A model generated the notes under the pieces. The model searched no databases, was not told where the DNA came from, and was given only the letters and a program-made list of their open reading frames with translations. A stretch of 62,913 bases of DNA, the filler included, from Olpidium bornovanus S191 (Eukaryota > Fungi > Olpidiomycota): the NCBI GenBank assembly GCA_017911155.1. It is 26 parts of 26 records of this genome, joined end to end, with 100 filler letters (N's around TTAATTAATTAA, not from the genome) between each part and the next. Parts side by side here need not be neighbours in the genome. Positions count along the whole stretch, not along the records: positions 24,652 to 26,105 come from JAEFCI010012186.1; positions 26,206 to 27,207 come from JAEFCI010005782.1; positions 27,308 to 29,113 come from JAEFCI010004545.1; positions 29,214 to 33,107 come from JAEFCI010006290.1; positions 33,208 to 35,789 come from JAEFCI010005943.1; positions 35,890 to 38,413 come from JAEFCI010012013.1; 20 more parts are not named here. The stretch is one strand, 5' to 3'. A program made the position numbers and the translations under genes. Below, piece by piece: positions 24,652 to 36,378 of the stretch. Position 1 is the first letter of the stretch. Every line of letters begins with the position of its first letter.

Positions 24652-26105
24652 AGCCGCGGTTTTCCGGTGCCGCTCTTCGAGCTGGTTCCTGCATACTCCG
24701 AGGTCTGTGACTGCTTCGTTTCTGTCAAATTTTGCGGAAGCTTCAAGGCCCGGAAGTACAACTCATCGGCTGTTCCGCCGTACGGCGGAACCTCGCTGAC
24801 GGGTCCGGAGGAATTTTCGTCGTCGTCCTCGGCATCATCATCCGACAGATGCGCGATTTCCTCGGCACTCGACGCGACGCCGGCGGTGCCGACTTCGGAC
24901 GTGTTCGCGACTTCCGCATTATTAGCAAGTTGCACCGGCAACTTGCTATTTTCTTGATCAGACCTTCTCGGGGGTGAGGCCGCCATTCCGATCCTGCTGC
25001 GGAACCAGTCTCCCCAACCCTGCGGCTGCGGTGCCGTGTCATCCGTCTTCGACCCCAAGTCGGCCGTCGTGGGCTCGAGGGAAACAACAGCCACGTCGGC
25101 GTCAGCGGCGCGGGACGCGAGCAAAACAGCCTTCCGTGCTTTCTGTTGCCGCCGCTCCTTCTTGTACTTCCTGTATTCCTCAAGACTCCGAGCATCTTCC
25201 TTCAGTTTCCGCATAAGTACCTCCTCAGTTTCCCGAAGATCCGCGCTGCCCGCATCTTCTATTTTCACCGTCGATTTTCCAGAAACAATATCCTCCGCGA
25301 TCGCCCTGACAAGGACTTCAAGCTCCAGGGTGCGCACCCAGTCTCCCGCTGCGCGTGATGTGCCCTCTCCCTCATCCAACTCGTGCGTCTCAAAACCAAG
25401 GTCTGCTCTCGACCCCCGCAGCCAGCCGACGCCGGCGTCAGACCATCTTACGCACTCCCCGAGAACGCTTCCAGGCTCCGCGTGGAGGGCGTGGGAGATA
25501 GCATAGAACCCAGCGATGTGCCGATCCAAGAGTTCGAGGTATGCCTGGAAGTTCGCAGACGATGCAGCGTCTGTCAAGGCGGAGGAGGCCCTTGACACGC
25601 ATCGTTCCACGACACGCGACGACACGGTGATCATATCCTTCATGAAGCAAGCGCCCAAGATAATCATTTTGTCGGCACGAGCCTGGCGGTCTTCGACGTT
25701 CGAGAGCAGCAGACGCGTATACACCGTGAGCCGCTGCCGTTTCGAAACAAGCCACCATATGGTATAGAAAGTTGCACTTACATAAATCCTATATGCGAGC
25801 ACGCCGAAATGCAAAAGCCGCACACGTTATACGTTACCGCATACGGCGAGCCGACCATCTAAGGTAAACTCACCATGAGCGGTCCGTAAAACAACCCTAC
25901 GACCTCTTTCACCAACTCCGCCGTTGCAGCGTGCTCTGCAAGCTCCTTGATGGCAATTTTGTCCCGCCTTGCAGATTCGAGAGCCATGAACGTCACAAAT
26001 AATGGCATTACTGTTGATGGGAAACAGCCCGCACAGGCTTCCACTCTCCCCAGTCCCGACTGAAGCTGACGTAGATTCGCGTCGGCGCCATTCGCCTCAT
26101 CCGCG
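24652..26105 (-). CDS. Probable PX-associated DUF3818 (Ypr097w/Lec1-like) protein fragment, partial at both ends
   Basis: ARRDKIAIKELAEHAATAELVKEVVGLFYGPL resembles the R.RD...........LLK.....FY.PL motif I recall for this family. It is followed by a long exon ending in an acidic low-complexity tract. Confidence 0.45.
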
Positions 26106-26205
26106 NNNNNNNNNNNNNNNNNNNNNNNNNNNNNNNNNNNNNNNNNNNNTTAATTAATTAANNNNNNNNNNNNNNNNNNNNNNNNNNNNNNNNNNNNNNN
26201 NNNNN

Positions 26206-27035
26206 AAGTAAGGGCGGCAGCGCAAATCCTTTGTCAAAAAATTTGGATGGCGGAAGTCGTAGGAATCTAAGTCGCACGAGGGGTTGATCAACGTGATTGA
26301 AGGTGGTTGAGCCGGGTACGTACATGCCTTGATCTTGATGAAGACGTGCCGTGCAGTGAAATGAACGCGGAATCGCCGTGGGAAGCAAAACAAAAAACAG
26401 AAGGGGAAGAGAAAAAAAGATCGTCCTGCTTCGCTTCACGCGCCGCCGATCCGGTCCGCGCTTCCGCCCGACGCGATCTTCACGTTTCTCGCCCGTATCT
26501 TGTCCAACATCGCCCTGACCAGCTTCCAGCTGAGGGCCGGGTTCGGCTTCAGGCGCTCCAGTTGCGTGAGGTGCGACCGGCAGTCCTCGCTGATCTTGAG
26601 CACGCCGTCGAACATTTCGCGAGCGGCACGGTGGTGCGACCGCGTGGCGTCGGCCAGCCGCCGAAGGAGCTGGTCGGTCGTCGTGGCCAGCGCCGGTTCC
26701 GCGGCGGCAGAAGGTCGGCCTTTGCCGTCTGGGCTGCCGGGGGCTCCACCGCGGTCTTTGGTGGAGAAACCCAGGAGCGCCGTCCCCTTGATCTTGCACC
26801 AAATGCTCGCGCACTCTTTCTTGCCTAGCCCTTCTTCGTCCACGCCGGGAGCCGGCAGGCGCCATCGCCAACCGTGCGCGCCCGCCCGCCCCGCAGGGTC
26901 CCCTTCGCCTTCTTTTGAAGGATGATTGCCCGCAGCGGCGGCCGCATGCCTGCGAGAAACGGACCGGTCGAAGACGGCCATCGCCTCATACGCAAGTTCC
27001 GTCTTTTTTACAGCCTCGAGCGCCTTCTCATACAT
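26206..27035 (-). CDS. Hypothetical protein fragment, exon structure unresolved
   Basis: 199-aa open frame 26436-27035 with helical composition (QLLRRLADATRSHHRAAREMFDGVLKISEDCRSHLTQLERL). No recognised domain. Confidence 0.4.
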
Positions 27036-27307
27036 GTGTTCTAACAGTTTTTTTTGGGAGGGAGGTGGGGGGGGGCAACAAAAATCACGTCCGGATCCCG
27101 TAGACAGCGATTAGCTACAGTGCGAAATCGCGAGGCTACGTGGCCTTCTTCCGTGCGTCCTTTCACAAAACCGCTCCTTCCCCCTCCTCGCCCTTCTCCT
27201 TCCCTTCNNNNNNNNNNNNNNNNNNNNNNNNNNNNNNNNNNNNNNNNNNNNTTAATTAATTAANNNNNNNNNNNNNNNNNNNNNNNNNNNNNNNNNNNNN
27301 NNNNNNN

Positions 27308-28474
27308 CATGGTTTTTAAGATCGGCGCCGCTGCTGTTCCAGGTGAACCCCGTTGTGTGGTGGAATTTGACAAACGCCTGTAGACAGCAAGTCGATGTAC
27401 GAGTTCCCCCATTCGACGTGCTTGCAGTCCCTGGTCAAACGACGGCGAATTTTGGTGGAGGCGGCCGATTCACGAGCCGGCTTTACTGTCAATCTGTTGC
27501 TGAAGCTCACTTGTCTTTGTACTCTTTGATGACGCGGTTGGTGTAGAATTGGGCGGCGTCACGCATCTCGCCGACAAACTGGGATGACTTGGGCTCCTAC
27601 AAAAAAGATACGGGCCAAATCAGGCTGTTCCTGCCGATTCCAGGAACCCCTGTCACGCACTAATCCTTCCGAACTCACCACCGCAACCCACCCCAGAGCA
27701 GGTATACATTCTGACACGGCCGACAGGTGGTTAAAGTAGGGGCTATGGCGGCAATTTTCCCGGAATTCGCTGACGGCGAGCGAGCCCTGCTGTAAGGGCG
27801 TGAGGAACTCGACAAATTCGGCCGAAGAGGGATCCGGCTTCGCGGAACGACTGGCGATCTCGATGACGCGGCGCTGCGCTTGGAGCATTTGGTTGACTCG
27901 TAGGGCCTGGGAGGCAGAAAATTTCCAGAACATCAACAAATAAAACCGGTTTTGCAGCCAGGTTGTGGATACGTTGAGGTTGTTTGAAAGAGGGTGGGGG
28001 GGAGGGGGGTGTTTGCGACAGTGGTAACAGAGTCAGCGTGGGAATCGTCCGGCTGAGCGAGACGACCGTTGCTCGTCACGGTTCCAAAAGGCTTCCCCAC
28101 CTGCTCTTTGACAACATCTCCGATTCCGCCGGGTAGTTCCAAGAATGTCTTCAATGGTCCGGTCCGGCCAAGAGGCCGTCGTATGCGCTCAGCGACGAAG
28201 TGGGTTTTCGGGGACTCAATTCGATCATGTCGGACGAAGCAGCGTTGGCAGCTGTGGAGGCCGCCGCGTTGCCGGCTCGACATCCGTGGGGATGGCAAGT
28301 CTGCTGCTGTGGCTGGCCTCCCAACGCCGCTTGTCTCTGCTGGCTCATCTGCTGTGCCATGGGCAGCTCCTCAAGCTTTGCGGTGGCCGCCTCCAGACGC
28401 TTCAGAAACACCGGCAGCATCGAGGGGTTTCTGGCCGCAGTGGCCTGTTGCCCAGCGGCGGCCGACATTTTCAT
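27308..28474 (-). CDS. SRV2: Adenylyl cyclase-associated protein (CAP/Srv2), N-terminal half, 3' partial, with two apparent frameshifts
   Basis: LKRLEAATAKLEEL (RLE motif), YFNHLSAVSECIPALGWVAV, FVGEMRDAAQFYTNRVIKEYK, HVEW, LQAFVKFHHTTGFTWN. The frame breaks at 28156-28165 and at about 27385. Confidence 0.93.
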
Positions 28475-29213
28475 TGCGGCGGACGGGCAGCGACTCCAAA
28501 TGGAAGAGGTGATGCGAGAAAACGCGGCCGTCAGCCGGGAAAACGGGCCTCCGCGGACCTATCGGCGGATCCGTTGGGAAGCAGAGCAGGGCGGGGGAGA
28601 AGGGGGGGGGGGGGGGGGGGGATTTCCTCGCGTCCGAAACCGAGTCCGGAAGGTCGAGGAGAGGGGCAATCTCCGGCATGTGCGCCTCACCTTTCGGCTG
28701 GTTAGTTCTCCAAAAATGCCCTCGTGTGTGCGGAGGAGGGCCGGGAGGGGGGAGGCGTTGTTCCTGGCGTTTCTCTCGCGTTCGATACGAGAAAAAGAAC
28801 GCGATGTGGCGCGGGGCTCTGCCGAGGCCCTCTCATTTCTTCTGGCGCACGGCTGGGCGGCAACGCCACAGGAGATCAGCCAAACCGCCACCCAAACTTA
28901 GCCCCCACACGCACACACACGCGCGCAAACCACGGACACCGCGGCGGTGCAGACGTTCTCCACGGAGAGTCTGTTTCGGCGGGGTTGCGCTGCATGCCCG
29001 CTTCGCTGAGAGCCACATTATGCATTTTGTAATGTGCGCCGTACTGTACACGGTGATTATGTTGACGAGCAAAAGCAGATAATAAAAAATTGGGTGGACA
29101 GAAATGCCGGAGANNNNNNNNNNNNNNNNNNNNNNNNNNNNNNNNNNNNNNNNNNNNTTAATTAATTAANNNNNNNNNNNNNNNNNNNNNNNNNNNNNNN
29201 NNNNNNNNNNNNN

Positions 29214-29727
29214 ACTTTAAGTTGCCTGGCTGGTGACTCCTCGGACGCCATCCGCGGCAATTTTGCCTTCATTGCGCCGACCACGCATCGGCCAAGCCAG
29301 GTGTAGGGGTCACCATTTTGTTGATTATGGCATGCGGGAACCGCAGGTCGCCATCAATGATGTAGCAGAGGAGCGACAGCCGAAGGCCCTGTGCGGCGTC
29401 CTTGAAGAGGATCTGCTTTAATTTCACGGCCTAGTGCCCAGCGGTGGCCTTTTTTCGAACTTGAGACAGTATAGGACGCGCATGCCGCACAGGACGGCGT
29501 GTTTGCCTGTGCGGAGAGTTCCTTGAGCTTTGGGCGTTTGACTGGCGTCCGGCGCAGTCCGCCTGTCGCGCACCGCGTTTCTGGGCGCCGGCGACGTCCC
29601 ATTGCCGGCCGTGGATTCTGCGCAGGAGTCGGTCCACGGGGCAACCGTAGCGCAATCTCTCAGGAGGTGTCGCAAACAAGTTTCGTTTCTGCAACTGCTG
29701 GTTGTTCGGCAGACGGCTGGTGCCCAT
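29214..29727 (-). CDS. Hypothetical protein, divergent from BABAM2, 3' partial
   Basis: One minus-strand frame runs from ATG 29727 to the contig edge with a single TAG at 29431-29433, which could be a 3' splice site. The distal part is AVKLKQILFKDAAQGLRLSLLCYIIDGDLRFPHAH..TWLGRCVVGAMKAKLP. Confidence 0.35.
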
Positions 29728-29989
29728 CGCTTCTGTACCAGGACCGCACTGCCGTGCACCGCGGAGAGGCAAACTGCCGAGCCGCTGGCTGTTCTAGCAC
29801 GAGGAAATAATACTATAATCTCAGGGCTCTTCTGCGTCTCGCCTCTGCCGTTCTGGCAGCAGCGGCCTGCGGTCTGACGAAACCGGACCAGTTGTGCCAC
29901 GTCGACGCCCTGGGTCCTCCGCGCGGCACTCTTTTTGCGCTGACGCAGACGGCCCGGCGCGTCCTCCCCTGGCCGGCTGCCCAGGGGCC

Positions 29990-31903
29990 ATGAGCCGAAC
30001 GCGCAGCGCCGGAACGGCGGCGAGGGGCAGCGGAGAAGGAGGAGGAGGAAAAGGAGAAGGAGGCTGGGAGCGAGAACATAGGCCGTCGGCTGGAGAAGGA
30101 GGCACGAGAGCGGAAGCCGCTTCGGAGGGCTGTGCGTCGGGAGGGAGCGGCTGGGACGCAGCCATAGAATACTTAGACAGGGAAGGCTCCGCGGTGGGCG
30201 TGCGAGTGTCATCCCGGGGAAGAGCTTCTGTGTTTCTTGCTCAACTCAGAAGACGCAGCGACCCCGCGGGAGATGACGTACCGGATGCCAGGAAGCAAGG
30301 CGGGGACAGTCTGGGCCTCGTCGTCGAGTACTGTTTTACCACGTTGACATGTAAGTTCGGGTTAGAAAGTTGTAGTTCCCGGTTTGCCGCCGCCGCCGCC
30401 GGTGACAGGAGGTTTCAAGAAGAGATCGACTTCACCGTTGACCGTCAACCGTCAACCGTCAACCGGACGTCACACTGCGCAGGCCATCTCCTGTTAAGTG
30501 ATGAGGAGGACGAGGCGCCGGATCTTATACTCCATAGCTCGTTGAAAGGATTTTACCCACAGTTGGATGAACTTGGCCTCGACGACTGGAACCGCAGTGG
30601 TGCGTGGTGCCCTGGAATGAGACAGTTACCAGGGCCCTAGCGTGCCCCCGCCGTACTGGTCTTCACCTTCCGTCCACCGCTTTGAAGGCGTCGTTTACCA
30701 TCACCTCGGGCTCTGACGTCATCCTCACCCCCTCTCGCCGTTGGGCCGTTCAGATCCGAGTTGTCTGTTGGGTCTTGTCTTGCGCCTCCGCCGCCTGTAC
30801 GCCACACACTGCAACGAGGCAGTCAGGGCCTTGGCGGTGGACCGCGTCAACTTCGACTTCGAGTGCATATCACACGTCCCAGGCGTGCAGTGCATCGTAA
30901 CCGAACGTTACAGCGAAAACCCGTCGGTGCGGTAGCGGTCGCCAAATATCCTGAAAAACAACCAAAAAAAAAACCACGTCCAGCCGTTCGGGCGTTGCCA
31001 GGATGAACGCAAACCAACCACTCACTCCGATAACGCCCACCGCCGGCCATTTTCAGGTCTTTTTCCGGATTCCTCTGGGCCACGACCCGGACCCGTCCCG
31101 TCGCCCAAGCGAAAACGACATGCACCACGCGGTTGCGCGCGTGCGGTACGCCCTGCGGAAGAACGCCTCCGGTTCCGTCGAGCTGGCGGGCGTGTCTGGC
31201 GAGGTGATGCTCCCGGACGAGTGGCGGCGGCGATCGTGCTCCTTCCGCCTCCCGGCGGCGGAGGACTCAGCCACGCTGGTCGAATACCTCGCCGACCTTG
31301 ACCGTGCCATCCGGGACGGTCTGCGGCAGCACGCCTGCGTCGTCGAGTCGCGGGAGGACTTTATGCGCGCTCTGCTTGATGCATACGGTCACGCCGTGCT
31401 GGATTACGACACGGCTGAATTCAGGCACCTTACCATGTACGTGGAATTCGAGGGCTCGACGACGAAGGCCGAGACCAACAACTGTTTCCTTGTCATTGGT
31501 AAGGGAATGGGCCATCATCGCATTTCTTCTTCCCCCCTCCCCCACCCCTCGTCCCTGTTTCTTCCTCTCAATCCAGCAAAATGCCGCTTGCAAAGCGGGC
31601 CCGCCTTTTAGTCATTTCCTCAACTTCCTATTTCTCCGCGCGTTTGGGATTACGCCAGTCAAGTTGCCGCCGAACTACCCTGCGGAACCTCCGGTGATCT
31701 CCCTCTACTCACCAGTGGCGTACGCGTCGCCATCTCCGACGGAGTACAGGCCAGACGAACGCACGTTCGCGCTGCCAAAATGGCCTTGGCCCGCCGGTGA
31801 AATCGCCGATCGGTTCAAACACTGCATTGTTAAAGAGGCCAAGGAGTGGACAAAATGGAAGCTGCCGGCTCCCAAGAAGTTGATTGACAGCTTGCTCGGT
31901 TGA
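29990..31903 (+). CDS. BABAM2: BRISC and BRCA1-A complex member 2 (BRE/BRCC45) homologue, multi-exon, apparently complete
   Basis: Colinear blocks resembling human BRE as I recall it: DSLGLVVEYCFTTLT (DRFKLHIPYAGETL), APDLIL..DWNRS|DPSCLLGLVLRL (PPDFIF..WNPSNPECLLLVVKEL), REDFMRALLDAYGHAVLDYDTAEFRHLT ([28 protein letters not shown]), NCFLVI|VKLPPNYPAEPPVISLYS ([24 protein letters not shown]), WPAGEIADRF. Confidence 0.85.
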
Positions 31904-33207
31904 CGAATTTGTAAGTCATCGCCGCGCAAGCCGGCCGCGGTTTCACTGGGCTGGGCGGCCTAGATCGCCGATGGCAGTGAACGCGCTGCGTCTCTCGCTG
32001 GAGTGCCCTGCCGACAAATCCGCACTTCCTCCTTTCCCGCACCAGCGGAGAGGAGTCTCCGGCCATATACCCGCCGTGGCGCGCCAAATGTCGGCGAATT
32101 AGAAATTACGCACAGGATGCCGCTGTTCAGACGTGGCCTAAATGCTTTTCAACAGATCGCGTGGATGATTCTGTTTTCGCTTTCCCTTAATCTCTGACGA
32201 CTGTAAAACAAGATCGCGTATTATCTGTTCTGCTGATAACGAACGACCCACGCCAGTTAGCGGAACGCGGAATGCGACCAAACACCGCAGGCGCCCGAAC
32301 CGAGAGTTCGACGATATAAAACCTTTAGGCTCTCACCGACTTTGCCAAAGGAACACTATGAGAGCACCGAAAAGGGAGGCGAGCGTCGGTGTGCAAGTCG
32401 AGAAGCTGACGCAGCCGAGAGCGCGACCATCCAGTGCCTAACGCGGAGACGTGCGCCGGATATCTGCGTTGGGAACTACGCCAGGCCGACCGCTTTCCGA
32501 GAACAAACTCCGCACACCAGCGACCGCGAATTTTCGGGTGAACTTGGCAAGCGCCAGCCCGCGGCGAGGGAGCGGAGGAGAGGAGTGGGGTGGACGTGTG
32601 CAAGCTACTCTCCCTCAAGTTCCCTGAACTTGTTCACGCGCGCGTTGGCGGCCGGCAGCGTCGACAGTCCGAACCGCGCATTCCTGCTGCACGGCCGGGT
32701 CAATCGTGCCCGCCCTTCGACCAAACATGTGTTCGGCGATGACTGTATTGTACATAGATCAGTTGTTTCGGCTCCCGCAAACCGTGCAAAAACGAAATTT
32801 TCGAAACTTCCGCACCTTCCGCGAACAATCGGCAGACCAACATAGAATTATGAATCTCCTTTCCCTTCTTCACCCGAACCACCGACGGCGACCCCGCTGC
32901 CGCCGGACCGCCGTCGTTGCGCACACCCGTCCACGCCATTCGGTGCAACGGGCGTTAATGCGATTGGCCAAGCTGGAGTGAATCAACATGGTGTGGTTTT
33001 GAGCATATGATGCAATCTTGGATCTGAAATCGGGGATTTCGGATTGGCCACCCCGGACAGCAAGCGTGTCCATTTGTTGAAACTGCGCCACTGCAACTTG
33101 CCACCCTNNNNNNNNNNNNNNNNNNNNNNNNNNNNNNNNNNNNNNNNNNNNTTAATTAATTAANNNNNNNNNNNNNNNNNNNNNNNNNNNNNNNNNNNNN
33201 NNNNNNN

Positions 33208-33900
33208 ACTGCATGATGCGAAGCACGGCGGCCCAGTCCGCCTCCCGAGGATACGTCCGCATTTTCTCGGACAGCCAGCCACAAAGGCGATGTCCGGCAG
33301 TGTCCCCGCGTTGATTGATTCCGCGTTGGGTTGATTCCGCGTTGGGTTGATTCCGCATCCCAGGTCCCATAATCTTGCAATGACTTCAGCTCCGCGTTGA
33401 TGGCCACTGCCACTTGTCTACATCTTCCCCCGTGATAGCGCCGTGGTGCGCGGCGGGGGCTGAGCATCGTGGCGCCTATGCGGCGGACATGCACATCTCC
33501 GTCCCATGCTCAGCGGCAAGTCGCTGTATGCATTCTGAACGTCGAAGAGGCACTTTAAGGTCTGCGCTTGCTGTTTGTCTATTGAACGGTCCGCGGGGTT
33601 GTGATCGTCGATCGTCGCGGCAATTAACGTCCCGAGTGCACCGAGCGGTCGACAAATTTGCGCATCCCGGACCTCTTCGTCCGCTTCCCGGGTTTCCTCG
33701 TTCTCTCCCCGCTTCGTAAGGTACTCGGGTAGGCGCGCGGGTGAACCCGCTGCGTGATTCGAAGAAATGTGCACCGCGGCTCCAGATGATGCGGCGAGTC
33801 TGCGGGTTGTGATCGTCCGAGCACCCGATAAAAATGGCTGTTTCCGTGCAGGAGCCGAGTTTCCCCGCCGGAGCGACGACTCTCAGGGATGCGCACCTCG
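33208..33900 (-). mobile_element. Degenerate, internally deleted Ty1/copia fragment
   Basis: GKLGSCTETAIFIGCSD..PQTRRIIWSRGAHFFES (post-integrase region), AINAELKSLQDYGTWD (RT start), then almost immediately PDIAFV.GWLS..M..P..ADWAAVLRIM (RT end) with a frameshift. Confidence 0.8.
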
Positions 33901-34301
33901 GCAGCACAGCCGGAGACGCGCAGGGCGCCAAGGGACGGTGGTTTGCCGTCGTGCAGGCTTCACGCGGGGCGCGCATTTGAAAGCTTTGATGGTGGGTTAG
34001 CCGTGCTGTCGAGGTCCGTGGCGTTGTCGCCAGGGTCTCGGCCGACGGGAGTTGTGGGATACGGCCGTTCCGATTCATGCGCCTGCGCTGCGCGCGGAAC
34101 TGAGAAAAAACCGCTTAACACCACCAGGACGGAGCCGCGCGCCAGCGGACCTGTCGCCGCGCTTTTGCCACCTGTCCGCCCGGGACACGTCCGCCCCCGA
34201 CCTCGCGAGCGCGTAACACCGCGCTCTCGCGGTGGGTGCGTGGTCGCCGACAACTGCCGGTCAACACGGGCGCCCTCCGCGCAACAGCGGCAGCCTCGCC
34301 A

Positions 34302-35703
34302 ATGGCATCCACGGCTGACCACGTGCTGAAAAAGTACGGGATCGTCAAGCCGCTCTCCAGCGGCTGGGCCGGAAAAGTGTACCTGGTCGTGAGCCGGGAG
34401 GAGGACAACCGCATACGGAGGGCGATGAAGGTGCAGCCGCTGATCAAGTCGCCGTGGACGATCGGGAACAATCCGCGAATGGAGGTACGGCTCCGCTTCA
34501 AAACGGCACAAGCATCAGGAGTGCGCCGCCTTCGTTGACTCGGTGAGGAAACTTTCCACCGGAAAGTCGAAATGCGGGGAGTACCTGAACAGGTTGATCC
34601 GAGACGGCAAGACCACGGCGTTCGTGGAGACAATTGAGAGCTTCCGTTGCTGGAACTTCATCGAACCCAGCTGCTTCGACCGGTACTTCCGACCCGCGAC
34701 CTACTGGTACATCGTGTCGGAGCTGGTGGACGGGACGAACCTCAAAAAGGTGTTGAAAGAAGAAGCGACGCCGGGCGGCTCGGCAAGCAGCACCGCCTCC
34801 TCTGCCGTTACCGTGGACTTCCTCCGCTCGGTCGTCTTTCAGATCCTCTTCGCTCTTGCCGTCGCTCAGCGCGAGCTGCACTTCACCCATTACGATCTGT
34901 GGTGCAAGAACGGTAGGGATGCGCCCGCCTGTGGTCGGGACCACCTTGGGATATTGACGGCCGGGCTCCCGGCTCACGCGAAGCAGTGATGCTCACGGAC
35001 CAGGTTAAGGCCGCGACGCTCGAGAACGAGGAGGACTTGGCGCGGCGAAACGCGGAAGAGACGGTGGATTTGCGGGCGGCGGAGCAGGAGGAGCTCTGGA
35101 CGTTTAAGCTAGGCAACTTCACGTACTACGTGCCGGCGTCACACACCAACAAGCAGATTTGCAAGATATTTGATTACGGCCTCGCCCGAATGGAAGCGCG
35201 GAAGCGCGGGGGGAAGGTCGACGTCGTTGAAGACAGGAACATACGTAAGTTTGTCGAGGCAAGACCCTTTGTTTCGTCACCCTCCCAGGGTGATCACTTG
35301 TTTTTGACATAGATGTGACTATCCACACTCCACGCCGTTTTTTGGCCGTTCGCATGCCTTCGCTTTTCTCGTTCTAAGTACTTATGCGCACGTCCCTTGC
35401 AAAAAAAAAGTGCATCACCACTTCAACCCCCACTACGACATGAAGAACTTCTGCTTCTCTATCCTGCAAAGCATCCGACCGGCGCGGCTCGGCGCCCTTT
35501 TCAACGAGTCGCAGCAGCTGCACGACGTCTTCGGCCGCATGCTAGGCCTCGAGACCTCCGGCACGGTTGTGAAGGTCGTCAGCCGCTTCAGCCGCTTCGA
35601 TGTCTTCCGCCCGCACCGGCGCGTCCTCGAGGTGGCTAAAAGCCTGCATTCGAGCCGCTGGTTCGACACATGGGCAAAGTGGACGTGGGCGCTTAACATC
35701 CAC
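34302..35703 (+). CDS. Atypical Ser/Thr protein kinase, haspin-like, multi-exon, 3' partial
   Basis: Gly loop LSSGWAGKVY, RAMK lysine, alphaC Glu RME, YIVSELVDG hinge, VVFQILFALAVAQRELHFTHYDLWCKN|VML, KIFDYGLARM, FNPHYDM. Introns at 34484-34566 (approx.), 34913-34986 and about 35246-35410. Confidence 0.85.
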
Positions 35704-35889
35704 GTAAGCTGTTTGGTTCCCTCGTTCTTATTCCACATATCTCTTTTCCCCCTCTCCTTTCCTTCTTTTATTTTAAGCTATGGAGGTTGNNNNNNNNNNN
35801 NNNNNNNNNNNNNNNNNNNNNNNNNNNNNNNNNTTAATTAATTAANNNNNNNNNNNNNNNNNNNNNNNNNNNNNNNNNNNNNNNNNNNN

Positions 35890-36378
35890 CGCTGCGGACT
35901 TATTCGGAAGAGGGACGGCTTCCGGCCATTTTGTAAATTGATCTTGCAAAACGAAAATGTAAACGTTCGAGGCCTCTGTATCAGTGAGAGGACCAACGAG
36001 ATCGACGGACACGTCAGCGAAAGTGGCACCCGGATGCACGTAACGTAACGGCGGGTGATTTGGGGGGGTTTTCGTTTTGTGCAATTGGCACATCGCACAT
36101 GAGCGGACGTATTTTTTCACATCGACGTGCATTCCTGGCCAATAATATTGTTGGCGCAGGCGCATGAGCGTTCGCAACGAGCCCAAATGGCCCGAAAGCG
36201 GGTGATCGTGATGAAGCACAATCAATTCGTTTTGCAAGGTCTGAGGGACGAAGACCTGCATACACGGCACCAGATGTGAAGGACGAACGTCGGTGTAATG
36301 GTGAACAATCAACCCATCTTCTTCGGCACACGCATCAACGAGCGTGCGAAGACGAGGCGGCGTCGGTAACCGGCCGGT
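35890..36378 (-). mobile_element. Ty3/gypsy integrase fragment (HHCC zinc finger and start of rve), cut by the contig end
   Basis: VPQTLQNELIVLHHDHPLSGHLG..RQQYYWPGMHVDVKKYVRSCAMCQ..VSVDLVGPL..QDQFTKWPEAVPLPNKSA. Confidence 0.95.

Noticed and set aside
26206-26393. RWD/UBC-like domain from HVFIKIKACTYPAQPPSITL
   Set aside because: The YP..PP stretch lies within a plausible GTACGT...TTAG intron and the match is too short to support a call.
29431-29727. CRAL-TRIO N-terminal motif (LLRRIHGRQWDV) and stop-codon readthrough at 29431
   Set aside because: The resemblance is short with no downstream CRAL-TRIO motifs, and the TAG is more simply a 3' splice site.
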